Assembly (NCBI GenBank): GCA_013152435.1
Contig: JAADGJ010000037.1
Location: 14,408-78,407 of the forward strand
Source of the DNA: Chloroflexota bacterium
GTDB taxonomy: Bacteria; Chloroflexota; Anaerolineae; DUEN01
Reading direction: 5' to 3'
DNA: 64,000 nt
Part shown: positions 9,653-19,941 of the stretch, one piece after another
Layout: each line of letters opens with the position of its first letter
Position numbering within the stretch: the stretch's first letter is position 1
Notes under the pieces: model-generated
Told to the model about the DNA's origin: nothing
The model's input: the letters and a program-made list of their open reading frames with translations, nothing else
The model's database searches: none
Program-made: the position numbers and the translations under genes

Positions 9653-9760
9653 AGCCGTTCATTCCCCTGGCGAGAGATGATGTGTCGGCTCATTGTACGC
9701 TATGTCTACGGCACTGACAAACCGCCTTGCAACACGGCGCGATCCTGTCCCGGGATTTCT

Positions 9761-9788
9761 TTGCGCCTTGGGCGCTTTCCAGTATACT
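9761..9788 (+). promoter_or_regulatory. sigma70-type promoter TTGCGC-16-TATACT
   Basis: Read directly from the sequence. It leaves a ~145-nt leader before the carbamoyltransferase start. Confidence 0.5.
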
Positions 9789-9939
9789 CTGGTCAGGAGG
9801 TAAGCCCCTCCATGCAAACACGCGGCCGCTGACCGGAGGGCGATCTTCCAGCCGGAGATGGATGCCCCTATCCACGCGAGACAGGAGGATCACCCACCGG
9901 GGCCGTGTACGATATTTCCATGACCAGGAGATGGACGCC

Positions 9940-10932
9940 ATGATCACCCGATTGTCAGGTAAGGACTTCATCACCACACAGGATTGGACGAGAGAGGAGT
10001 TGGAGACCGCTTTGGAGGTGGCCTTCCGGCTCAAAGGCGAGTTCGCCATGGGCGTACCTCACGACCACATCCTGCGCGCCAAGACCCTGTACATGCTCTT
10101 CTTCGAGGAGTCCACCCGCACGCGCAACTCCTTTGAGACGGGGATGACGCAACTGGGCGGGCACGCCATCTTCCTGACGCCCAGGGTCACCCAGATCGGC
10201 CATGGCGAGAGCGCAAAGGACACCGCCATGGTGCTATCCCGCTATGGTCACGGCATCGCCGTGCGAGACTGCCGTAAGGGCATCGGACAGAAGTACCTGT
10301 ACGAGATGGCCCGGTGGGCCTCCGTCCCGATCTTCTCCATGCAGGACGACGTGGACCATCCGTGTCAGGCCATGGCCGACCTGATGACCATCCAGGAGAA
10401 GTTCGGGCGGAACACCAGCGGCCTCAACTTCACCATCGCCTGGACCTTCGCCCCGAAGTACGTCCGGCCGATGTCCGTGCCCCAATCGCTGGTGATGCTG
10501 ATGCCCCGCTTCGGCATGAACGTCACGCTGGCCCACCCCAAGGGATACGAGCTGATGCCAGAGGTGCTGGAGGTCGCACAGCGCAACGCGGAGGCCGGCG
10601 GTGGCTCCCTGCGCATCATCGACGACATGGACGAGGCGTTCCGCGATGCCCACGTCGTGTATCCCAAATCATGGGGCCCCCTGATGGTGACGGAGGATCC
10701 GGCCGAGGTGGAGGCGATGGCGGCGCAGCATCAGGATTGGCGCGCCACGGCCGAGCGGATGAAGCTCGCGCAGCGAAACGCGATCTACATGCACTGCATG
10801 CCGGTCGATCGGGGACATGAGGTGGACGACGAGGTCATCGATGGCCCTCAGTCGGTGATCTACGACCAGGCGGAGAACCGACTGCACGTCCAAAAGGCGC
10901 TCATGGCGCTCACCATGGGGGGAAGATGGTAA
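9940..10932 (+). CDS. carbamoyltransferase of the ATCase/OTCase superfamily, YgeW-like
   Basis: STRTRNSFE and HPCQAMADL carbamoyl-phosphate motifs plus MHCMP. Long collinear resemblance to E. coli YgeW as I recall it (FGMNVTLAHPKGYELMPEVLEVAQRNAEAGGGSLR, AHVVYPKSWGP, QHQDWRAT). Start chosen at the ATG at 9940, 9 nt after AGGAG; the track ORF starts at 9727, and the ATG at 9931 is also possible. Confidence 0.8.
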   Translation: MITRLSGKDFITTQDWTREELETALEVAFRLKGEFAMGVPHDHILRAKTLYMLFFEESTRTRNSFETGMTQLGGHAIFLTPRVTQIGHGESAKDTAMVLSRYGHGIAVRDCRKGIGQKYLYEMARWASVPIFSMQDDVDHPCQAMADLMTIQEKFGRNTSGLNFTIAWTFAPKYVRPMSVPQSLVMLMPRFGMNVTLAHPKGYELMPEVLEVAQRNAEAGGGSLRIIDDMDEAFRDAHVVYPKSWGPLMVTEDPAEVEAMAAQHQDWRATAERMKLAQRNAIYMHCMPVDRGHEVDDEVIDGPQSVIYDQAENRLHVQKALMALTMGGRW

Positions 10933-10974
10933 GCGTGCTTCCCTGATCCCACATCTCACCACGCAGCTCACGAG

Positions 10975-11003
10975 GGCCGTCGCCTGCCCCCATGGCGACG
11001 GCC
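10975..11003 (+). terminator. hairpin terminator after carbamoyltransferase gene
   Basis: GGCCGTCGCC-TGCCCCCAT-GGCGACGGCC, a 10-bp stem 43 nt after the stop. The downstream T-tract is weak. Confidence 0.55.
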
Positions 11004-11035
11004 TTCACGATGGGGCGCGCGCCATGATGGCGCTC

Positions 11036-11064
11036 GTTGCCTGAGTGCACACCTTGCAGTATAA
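11036..11064 (+). promoter_or_regulatory. sigma70-type promoter TTGCCT-17-TATAAT
   Basis: Consensus -10 hexamer with 17-nt spacing, about 70 nt upstream of the SBP start. Confidence 0.6.
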
Positions 11065-11136
11065 TGAGACTTGCGCCACAATCACTGGCGACAGGATATG
11101 CCAAAGGCCACATCGTGTGAGCCGAGGAGAGAGCGG

Positions 11137-12390
11137 ATGAAGAAGACGGTAGAGAGAATCTACCGCGTGGGAGCGATCGTCCTGATCCTCGCCCTGACGC
11201 TGAGCATGGCCGGATGCGGCGGGCGAGCGACCCCCACGCCGGAGCCACGCACGATCCAGTTCATCCTGTACAACCAGCCCGGGGAATTGCTGACGGCCTA
11301 TCAGCGATTGGCGGATGAGTTTCACACCGCCCATCCCGAGATCACCGTCGAGCTGAAGCCCGTGTCCGGCTCCGCCAGCCTGCGCTCGGCCTTGAGCGCG
11401 GGCGCGGATGCCGTGCTCTCCTGGGGATGGGCGATCAACGACGTCGGTGATCTGCGCCCATTGGATCCGTTTATCGAGGCGGATTCACCCGACTTCCTGG
11501 ACGATTACCTGCCCAAGGTCCTGGACTCCGTGCGCTACCAGGGGCAGCTCATGGCCCTCCCGGTCGATCTGGACGTCCTGGTCCTGTACTACAACAAGGA
11601 TCTGTTCGACCAGGCGGGGGTTCCCTACCCTCCACCGGATTGGACGTGGAGTGATTTCGTGGCGATCGCCCAGGCCCTGACGCAACCGCTTCCGGACGGG
11701 GGGAAACAGTACGGGTTCTACCCCGCGGGCGCGCTGCCAGATTACCTGGCCTTCGTCGCCGAGGAGCTGGCGGCGCTATGGGGGGATGACCTCCTGAACC
11801 CGCAGACGCTACGACTGGACGGCGAGCCGGTGATGCGCGCCATCGAATGGTACACAAACCTGGCGCTGGTCCACGGCGTGATGCCCACGCCGGATGAGCT
11901 GCGTCGGCAGACGGGCGATCCCATCGCATTGGGGCGCGCCGGCATGTGGCTGAACTGGATGTCCCAGCGCGGCGGGCGTTGGGACGCCGTGCCCTGGCAG
12001 TTCCGCTGGGGGGTGGCCCCCCTGCCGAAGGGGAGCTCCGGACGCACCATCGCCCTCCTGGCCATGTACGTGATCCCGACCTCGGCGACGCATCCGGGAG
12101 ACGCCTGGCAGTGGATCTCCTTCCTGTCCCATCGCTTCGAGCAGACCAGCGGCCTGCCCGTGCGACGCTCCCTTCTGGAGGATCCCGACTTCCAGGAGAA
12201 GCTCGGGGTAGAGCAATATGACGTCTTCGTCAAGGCGGCCATGGATAGCGTCGTCGTCGCGCCCGGCCCCGAATTCGACATCTACGCGGTCGCCCTGGAG
12301 CGGGCCGTGCGCGAGATCCTGGAGGGAGGGCGCCCCGTCGAGGACGCGCTGCGGGACGCCCAGCGCCGTGTAGATGCGGCCGGCGGGTGA
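11137..12390 (+). CDS. ABC transporter substrate-binding lipoprotein (family 1, sugar-type); no cognate permease adjacent
   Basis: MKKTVERIYRVGAIVLILALTLSMAGCGG gives a signal peptide and lipobox. Body composition is typical of extracellular solute-binding family 1. Start at the ATG at 11137 after GAGGAGAGAG. Confidence 0.8.
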   Translation: MKKTVERIYRVGAIVLILALTLSMAGCGGRATPTPEPRTIQFILYNQPGELLTAYQRLADEFHTAHPEITVELKPVSGSASLRSALSAGADAVLSWGWAINDVGDLRPLDPFIEADSPDFLDDYLPKVLDSVRYQGQLMALPVDLDVLVLYYNKDLFDQAGVPYPPPDWTWSDFVAIAQALTQPLPDGGKQYGFYPAGALPDYLAFVAEELAALWGDDLLNPQTLRLDGEPVMRAIEWYTNLALVHGVMPTPDELRRQTGDPIALGRAGMWLNWMSQRGGRWDAVPWQFRWGVAPLPKGSSGRTIALLAMYVIPTSATHPGDAWQWISFLSHRFEQTSGLPVRRSLLEDPDFQEKLGVEQYDVFVKAAMDSVVVAPGPEFDIYAVALERAVREILEGGRPVEDALRDAQRRVDAAGG

Positions 12391-12469
12391 ACGCCGCATC
12401 CGTCTATAAGCCTATAGGAAATAAGCTGTAGTTGAACAGCTTATGAATACCGTGAGGAGGTTCCGTTCC

Positions 12470-13852
12470 ATGATACGGCGAGCAGCGCGCTTTGCTGCAC
12501 TGGTGATGACCGTGATAATGGTGACGAGCTGTGCCCTACTGCCGACAGGGCGCTCTCGTGCACCCGCGCGAGAGGAGCCAACGCCCACCCCCATCCCCAC
12601 TCCCATCGTGCCCACAAAGCCCACCTATCGGGTGCAGCGGGGCGAGGTGGTCAAGAAGCTCACCTTCACAGGCCGCATCGCGCCGGTCCTTGAGAAGGAG
12701 CTTTACTTCCGCACCAGCGGCCGTGTGCGCCACGTCTTCGTCCAGCGCAACGATTTCGTCAAGGCCGGCCAGGTGCTGGCAGATTTAGAGATCGATGATC
12801 TGGAGCGAGAGCTGACCTCCGCCCAGCTTGAGCTGGAACGGGCCCAGGTGCGGTTACAAGAGGCGGAGCGCGAGCTGCAGAACCAGATCCGACGGGCTCA
12901 GGTCAATTTGGAGATCGCCAAGCTGAGCCTGGAGGCGGCCAAGGCCCAGGATCCCACGCCGCGCAAGGCGCAGGCGGAGGCAGACCTGGAGAAGGCCCAG
13001 ATCACGTTGCAGCGAGCGCAGGAGGAATACAACGCGATCGCCTGGCGCAACGACCGGGCTGCCACTCAGCAGGCGGCCGCCCTACAACAGGCGACCTTGA
13101 ACTACCAAAAGGCCAAGGCGACCTATGACCTGGTCCTCCAGGATATCGCGGCTTACAAGTACCAAGTCGCCATCAAAGAGCGACAGGTGGAGCTGGCCCA
13201 GATCGCATTGGATGAGCTCAACACGGGCGTCGACCCGCTCCTGAAGAACGACGTGGAGCGGGCCCAGTTGAAGGTGCAGAAGCTGGAGGCGGCCATCGCC
13301 GACGCGCAGATCATCGCCCCCTTCGATGGGCAGGTGCTCTCGATCAGCCTGACGGAAGGCCGGCCGGTGGATGCCTTCAAGCCCGTGGTGGTCGTCGCCG
13401 ATCCCAGCGAGCTGGAGATCAGCGCCGACCTGACCAGCACCCAGCTCCAGGACCTGGCGGAGGGCATGCCGGCCACCATCGTCCTGGTCAGCCGCCCCGG
13501 CGAGGAGCTGGAGGGATACATCCGCCGCCTGCCGTACCCCTATGGCGGCGGTGGGCGCACGGAAGGGCTCGATGAGGAGGACAAATCGACCCGGGTGGCG
13601 CTGAAGACCTCGGCGGCCGAGGCGGGCTTTGAGCTGGGAGACCTGGCACGGGTGACCGTCGTGCTGGAGCGCAAGGAGGACGTGCTCTGGCTGCCGCCGC
13701 AGGCGGTCCGCACCTTCGAAGGCCGCCGGTTCGTGGTCGTGAAGGAGGGCGATGCGCAGCGACGGGTGGATGTGAAGGTCGGCATCCAGGGTGAGGATCG
13801 GTGGGAGATCGAGGAAGGTTTGACCGAAGGACAGGTCGTGATAGGGCAGTAG
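12470..13852 (+). CDS. HlyD/MacA-family periplasmic adaptor (membrane fusion) lipoprotein
   Basis: Lipobox (VMTVIMVTSC), a PT-rich linker, a barrel-sandwich start (YRVQRGEVVKKLTFTGRI...GQVLADLE), then a long coiled coil and beta-barrel tail. Start after GAGGAGG at 12454. Confidence 0.85.
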   Translation: MIRRAARFAALVMTVIMVTSCALLPTGRSRAPAREEPTPTPIPTPIVPTKPTYRVQRGEVVKKLTFTGRIAPVLEKELYFRTSGRVRHVFVQRNDFVKAGQVLADLEIDDLERELTSAQLELERAQVRLQEAERELQNQIRRAQVNLEIAKLSLEAAKAQDPTPRKAQAEADLEKAQITLQRAQEEYNAIAWRNDRAATQQAAALQQATLNYQKAKATYDLVLQDIAAYKYQVAIKERQVELAQIALDELNTGVDPLLKNDVERAQLKVQKLEAAIADAQIIAPFDGQVLSISLTEGRPVDAFKPVVVVADPSELEISADLTSTQLQDLAEGMPATIVLVSRPGEELEGYIRRLPYPYGGGGRTEGLDEEDKSTRVALKTSAAEAGFELGDLARVTVVLERKEDVLWLPPQAVRTFEGRRFVVVKEGDAQRRVDVKVGIQGEDRWEIEEGLTEGQVVIGQ

Positions 13853-13856
13853 CGGT

Positions 13857-16781
13857 ATGAATATACTTCTACGCACGTGGGCGATCTTTGTCGTAGCCAC
13901 GAAACGCCTGCTCTCACAACGCGGGCTGGCGCTGGCGACGGCGCTGGGATTGGTCGTCGCCGTCGCATTGGTGATGAGTGTGCCCCTGTACGCTGACGCG
14001 GTGTACTACCGCATCCTGCGTCAGGAGCTGTCCGGCGGGGAGAACGTGCCGGGTGGGAGCACGACCCGGCCCCCCTTCGCCTTCATGTTCCGATACCTCG
14101 GCGCCTGGCACGGCCCCGTACAGTGGGAGGATGTCCAACAACTCGATCAATACCTCACGGAGCACACGGAAGCCTCCCTGGGGCTGCCGCAGAAGCTGAT
14201 GGTGCGGCACTTCAAGACCAACAACTTCCGGCTCTTCCCGCAAGAGGATATCGCCTACGCCGACACCAAGCAGCCTCTGGCCTGGGTGAGCTTCGCCTTC
14301 GTCAGCGATCTGGAGAAGCACATCACCCTGCTGGAGGGCAACTTCCCGGCCGTCGCCGAGCCCGTGGACAATAGCGTGGTGGAGGTCCTGGTCAGCGAGC
14401 CTCGCGCGCTGGAGCTGGGCCTCCAGGTCGGCGAGACCTACATCGCCTTCGACCGACGCGGCACCCAGGGCGGCCGAAGCATCCAGATCCCTGTCCGGAT
14501 CGCCGGCGTCTGGAAGGCCACGGATCCCGATGAGGAATACTGGTTCTACAAGCCGGCGGCGCTGGAAGATCTGCTGCTCGTGCCAGAGAGCACCTTCGCC
14601 GGGCGCATCAGCCCCTACCTGGAGGACGAGGTCTACCTGGCGCTGTGGTACTTCGTCATGGACGGCTCCAACGTTCACTCCAGCGATGTGGGCTCGTTGC
14701 TCACCCGCATCACCGCGATGCAACAGCGCGTGGCCGCCCTCCTCCCGAACACGAGCCTGGACGTATCCCCGACGGACGCCCTGCAGCGATATCGGAAGGC
14801 GGCCTCATTGCTCACGATCCTACTCTACGCCTTCAGCGTACCCATCATCGGGCTGATCCTGGCGTTCGTGGGCCTGGTGGTGGGACTGACCGTGGGAAGA
14901 CAACGCGGGGAGATCGCCATCCTGCGCAGCCGGGGGGCGACAGCCGCACAGGTGGTTGGGATCGCCACTCTGGAGGCGTTGCTCCTGGGGGTGATAGCCC
15001 TGGCCCTGGGCTCCCCCGTGGGCGAGATGATCGCCCACGTCATCGGGAAGGCGCGCAGCTTCCTGAACTTCACGGCGCAGTCCGATCTTCGGGTGGGGGT
15101 CACGATGGCATCCCTGCGCTTCGGCGCGGTGGCCATCGGGCTGGCCCTGGTGGCACAGGTGATGCCTACCATCGGCGCGGCCCGTCACACCATCGTGACC
15201 TATAAACAGGAGCGAGCGCGCATGCTGCGCCCGCCCTGGTGGCAGCGAGCCTGGGTGGACATACTGCTGTTGATCCCCGCGGCCTACGGCGCATATCTGC
15301 TGCGCCAGCAGGGAAGTATCGCCCTGCCGGCAGGCGGCGGGACGATGGTAAACGATCCGTTCCAAAACCCGCTGCTCTTCCTGGTCCCGGCGCTGGGCAT
15401 CTTCGCGCTCACGCTCTTCATCCTGCGCCTGCTCCCGGCCATCATGTCGGCCATCGCCTGGGGCGCCTCCCACATCGGGAGCGTAGGGGTGCTCCTGGCT
15501 GCCCGCCAGCTCTCCCGCACCCCCGGGCTTTATACGGCCCCGCTGATCCTCCTGGTGTTGACGCTGAGCCTGTCCGCGTTCACCGCCTCGCTGGCTCAGA
15601 CGCTGGATAACCATCTGTACGACCAGATGTACTACAAGTACGGCGCGGACATGAGCCTCGTCGAGCTCGGCGAGAGCACGGAGACGAGCGGCGGAGGCTT
15701 CGGGGCCCTCGGCGGCGGGGGAGGAGGCGGCGGGGGCGAGGCCACCACCCCCGAGGAGGAGGAGGGGCCGCGTTGGCTCTTCCTGCCGGTGTCCGAACAC
15801 CTTAAGGTGCCGGGCGTTCAGGCGGCCACCCGGGTGGGCCGTTACACGGCCACCACCCGGCTGAGCGGGGGAACGCAGAAGGGCGTGTTCATCGGCGTGG
15901 ACCGGGTTGATTTCCTCAAAGTGGCTTTCTGGCGATGGGACTTCGCCCCCTCATCGTTGGGCTCTCTCATGAACGCGTTGGCCATCGCCCCGGAGGGCGT
16001 GCTGGTCCCGCGGGACTTCATGGCGATCCACGCCTTGAATGTGGGAGACACGATTCGCGTCTCTGTGGATACCTATGGGCAGCGCACCGAGATGGATATG
16101 AAAGTCGTGGGGATCATCGATCTCTTCCCCACGTGGTACCCCGAGGAGGATGGCCCCCTGTTCGTGGGGAATCTGGAGTATCTCTTCGAGCAAGCGGGGG
16201 GGCAATTCCCATACGACGTATGGCTAAAGACGGATCCCAACGCGGATTACTATCAGATTGCGGAGGGGGTACGTGATCTGAACCTGCGTCTGCTGGACTG
16301 GAGGGCTCCGCTCCTGGAGGTCGCAAAGGAGCAGCAGCGCCCGGAGCGACAGGGGCTCTTCGGCCTTCTGTCCGTCGGCTTCGCCGCTGCCGCCCTGCTC
16401 ACGGTGCTGGGATTCCTGCTCTACGCCCTGTTCTCGTTCCGGCGTCGCTTCATCGAGTTGGGGATCCTGCGAGCCGTCGGCCTATCATCCAGCCAGATGG
16501 CGGTGTTCCTGGCCTGGGAGCTGGCCTTCCTGATCCTCACGGGGCTGGTGGCCGGCACCGCGCTGGGCGCATGGGTCAGCGAACTGTTCATCCCCTATCT
16601 GCAGGTGGGCAGCGGCCCCTCGGCCCGCATCCCACCCTTCCTGGTGGAGATCGCATGGCCCGCCATCCTGCGCATCTATGCCCTGTTCGGCCTGCTGTTC
16701 GTCGTGGCCCTCGGGGCGCTCGTGGCACTGCTTCTCCGCATGAAGATCTTCCAGGCAGTCAAACTGGGTGAGACGGCGTGA
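13857..16781 (+). CDS. ABC transporter permease with two FtsX-type modules in one 974-aa chain
   Basis: Two successive units, each built as TM - large extracytoplasmic domain - 3 TM. The second loop carries an SGGGFGALGGGGGGGGGEATTPEEEEG insertion. Confidence 0.85.
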   Translation: MNILLRTWAIFVVATKRLLSQRGLALATALGLVVAVALVMSVPLYADAVYYRILRQELSGGENVPGGSTTRPPFAFMFRYLGAWHGPVQWEDVQQLDQYLTEHTEASLGLPQKLMVRHFKTNNFRLFPQEDIAYADTKQPLAWVSFAFVSDLEKHITLLEGNFPAVAEPVDNSVVEVLVSEPRALELGLQVGETYIAFDRRGTQGGRSIQIPVRIAGVWKATDPDEEYWFYKPAALEDLLLVPESTFAGRISPYLEDEVYLALWYFVMDGSNVHSSDVGSLLTRITAMQQRVAALLPNTSLDVSPTDALQRYRKAASLLTILLYAFSVPIIGLILAFVGLVVGLTVGRQRGEIAILRSRGATAAQVVGIATLEALLLGVIALALGSPVGEMIAHVIGKARSFLNFTAQSDLRVGVTMASLRFGAVAIGLALVAQVMPTIGAARHTIVTYKQERARMLRPPWWQRAWVDILLLIPAAYGAYLLRQQGSIALPAGGGTMVNDPFQNPLLFLVPALGIFALTLFILRLLPAIMSAIAWGASHIGSVGVLLAARQLSRTPGLYTAPLILLVLTLSLSAFTASLAQTLDNHLYDQMYYKYGADMSLVELGESTETSGGGFGALGGGGGGGGGEATTPEEEEGPRWLFLPVSEHLKVPGVQAATRVGRYTATTRLSGGTQKGVFIGVDRVDFLKVAFWRWDFAPSSLGSLMNALAIAPEGVLVPRDFMAIHALNVGDTIRVSVDTYGQRTEMDMKVVGIIDLFPTWYPEEDGPLFVGNLEYLFEQAGGQFPYDVWLKTDPNADYYQIAEGVRDLNLRLLDWRAPLLEVAKEQQRPERQGLFGLLSVGFAAAALLTVLGFLLYALFSFRRRFIELGILRAVGLSSSQMAVFLAWELAFLILTGLVAGTALGAWVSELFIPYLQVGSGPSARIPPFLVEIAWPAILRIYALFGLLFVVALGALVALLLRMKIFQAVKLGETA

Positions 16782-16782
16782 T

Positions 16783-17810
16783 ATGGCACAAGAACCTTTC
16801 ATTATCTGCGATAATCTGGTAAAGATTTACAAGGTCGCCGACCTGGAGGTGGTGGCCCTGCAGGGGCTGGACCTGGTCGTGGCCCCCGGCGAGCTACTGG
16901 GCATCGTCGGCGCCAGCGGTAGCGGCAAATCGACGCTCATGAACATCCTGGGGGGGCTCGACCGTCCATCGGCCGGGCGGGTCTGGGTGGACGGCTACGA
17001 CCTGCTCAAGCTCTCGGACGCCGAGCTCAACCGCTACCGGAGGTCCAAGGTGGGGTTCGTCTGGCAACAGGGCGCCCGAAACCTGATCCCCTACCTGAAC
17101 GCGCTGGAGAACGTCATGCTGCCCATGACGCTGGCGGGCGTGACGGGCCGGAAGAAGCGCCAGCGAGCGGAGGAGCTGCTGGAGGCGGTCGGGCTGGCGG
17201 AGCGTCGCCATCACAAACTGGCTCAGATGTCCGGCGGCGAGCAGCAGCGCGTGGCCATCGCGGTCGCCCTGGCCAACAATCCCTCCCTCCTCCTGGCGGA
17301 CGAGCCGACCGGCGAGGTGGACTCGGCGACGGCACTGACGATCTACCAGACGTTCCAGGACCTGAACCGAGAGTTCGGGCTGACCACGCTGATCGTCAGC
17401 CACGATCCGGGCATCGCCCGACACGTGAACCGGGTCGTCGCCATCCGGGACGGCAAGACGGCCAGCGAGACGGTGCGCCAAACCGTGGCGGCCGTCTCGC
17501 CCGAGGGCGACCTGGTTACGGAGGGCGAGGGCCAGGAAGAGGAGATCTTCGAGGAGCTGGTCGTGTTGGACTCGGCCGGCCGGCTGCAAGTCCCCAAGGA
17601 ATACCTGGAGCACTTTGGCATCAAGGGGCGCGCCCGCCTGGAGATGACGGAGGAGGGGATCCTGATCCTCCCGGCCCCGCAATCCGCCTACACGCAGGCC
17701 GCGGAGACCCCCGTGGCCGACCTCGTACCGACGTCCCGGTCCGAGAGGCGAGGTTTGCGCAAGCTGTTCAGCCGTTGGCGGCGTGATGGCCAGAGCAGGA
17801 GGGAGTCTTG

Positions 17811-17811
<1 letters not shown>
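16783..17811 (+). CDS. ABC transporter ATP-binding protein (MacB/LolD-type NBD) with C-terminal AbrB/SpoVT-like extension
   Basis: Walker [10 protein letters not shown], signature [12 protein letters not shown], Walker [14 protein letters not shown]-loop SHD. There are ~110 extra C-terminal residues. The start (ATG 16783 versus GTG 16768) is uncertain. Confidence 0.85.
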
Positions 17812-18492
<681 letters not shown>

Positions 18493-18518
<26 letters not shown>

Positions 18519-19899
18519 AGACCTCTCATTTGCCACGCCAGAGAAGCCCGGGCACCGTCCCGGGCTTCTTTTCCTGTTCGCCAACGCCCTCCACGCCTTG
18601 TGGAAACCTCTTGGCGGGACGACGGAGCTGTGGGATCTAGGGGCACTGGCGCTGGCAGCGCTCGTCTACGCGGCCCTGCCGTGGCCCTGGGCGGCGATCC
18701 CCCTACTCGCCCTCGGCTGGCTCATCGTCCGATCGCCTGGGCCGGGATTGGCAGCCATCGCCCTGGCCACGCCATTTTACTACACGCAAAAACCGCTTGG
18801 GGGCACATGGCTCTCCCACGCGGAGGCCCTGGTCATAGCCGCGCTGATCTGGACGATTCCCTGCTGGCGCCGCCTGCGAGGCCGGCTGTGCGCGCTGGAC
18901 GGGGCGGTCCTGGCCTTCGTCGCCGTGGGTGGGGCGGCCGCGTGGATCGCGCCGGACCGAGGGGACGCATGGCTGGCATTGCGGCGACTGATCCTGATCC
19001 CCGCCGGCCTCTACCTGCTATGGCGTCTGCTTCCCGTGGACCGCAAAGGGATGCGCTGGGCGGCGGGGGGCCTCATCGCCGGCGGCACGCTGGTCAGCCT
19101 GATCGGGTTGGCCGGGTACGCCAGCGGCAACGTGGTGATGGCCGGGAGGATCCCCCGGCTGCGATCCGTCTACTATTCCCCCAATGAGGCCGCTCTGCTC
19201 CTGGTACGCATCTGGCCGCTGGCCGCCGCCCTCGCGTTGCACTCCGCTGGCCGATGGCGACGGCCACTTCTCCTCGCGACGGGGGTGATCCTCATGGCGC
19301 TGGCGCTGACGTTCTCGCGCGGCGCGTGGCTGCTGGGCGTGCCTGCCGGGCTCGCGGCGCTGTCCCTGCTCCAGCGCCGCCGGTGGGCCGGACCATGGCT
19401 ACTGGGCGGAGCGCTGCTCGCCGCCCTGGTGGCGCTGAGCCGAGGCGGCAGCACGGCATTGCGCCCGGAGGTGTGGCAAGCCGCCTGGGCCATGTGGCGG
19501 GATCACCCCTGGCTGGGCGTCGGGCTGGATGGCTTCCAGTGGATCTACCCACGTTACATGGCGCTGAGCGCCTGGCGAGAGCCGCTGCTATACCACCCGC
19601 ACAACCTCGTCCTGGAGCTGGGGACCTGGATGGGGCTCCTGGGGCTGCTGACCGTCCTGGCGATGGGGTGGACATGGGCCGGGCTGTGGCGCAGGGCAAC
19701 CGCCGCGCACCCATCGCCGGTGCTGTCCGGTCTGGCGGCCGGATGGATCGCGGGGCTGGCACATGGGATGGTGGACGCCGCCTTCTTCCTGCCGCATCTG
19801 GCGTTCATGACCATGATCACCCTGGGGATGACGGCGGCATATGCGAATAGCCCCGAGCCCCCAAATGGCTCGGAGCCCGGCCCATACCCACACGCGTGA
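18493..19899 (+). CDS. O-antigen ligase-like (Wzy_C family) polytopic membrane protein
   Basis: About 12 TM helices. LTFSRGAWLLGV and the periplasmic loop RPEVWQAAWAMWRDHPWLGVGLDGFQ are typical of Wzy_C/O-antigen ligase proteins. The start is uncertain: ATG 18493 overlaps the upstream gene by 26 nt, and an in-frame TTG at 18598 is possible. Confidence 0.7.
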
Positions 19900-19912
19900 C
19901 CGCGGGGAAGGC

Positions 19913-19941
19913 TTTGCTATCATAGATGTTTGATGGCATAA
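19913..19941 (+). promoter_or_regulatory. sigma70-type promoter TTGCTA-17-CATAAT with extended -10 (TGG)
   Basis: It shares the 11-mer GATGGCATAAT with the promoter at 26545. It starts a ~440-nt leader before the SBP gene. Confidence 0.55.
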
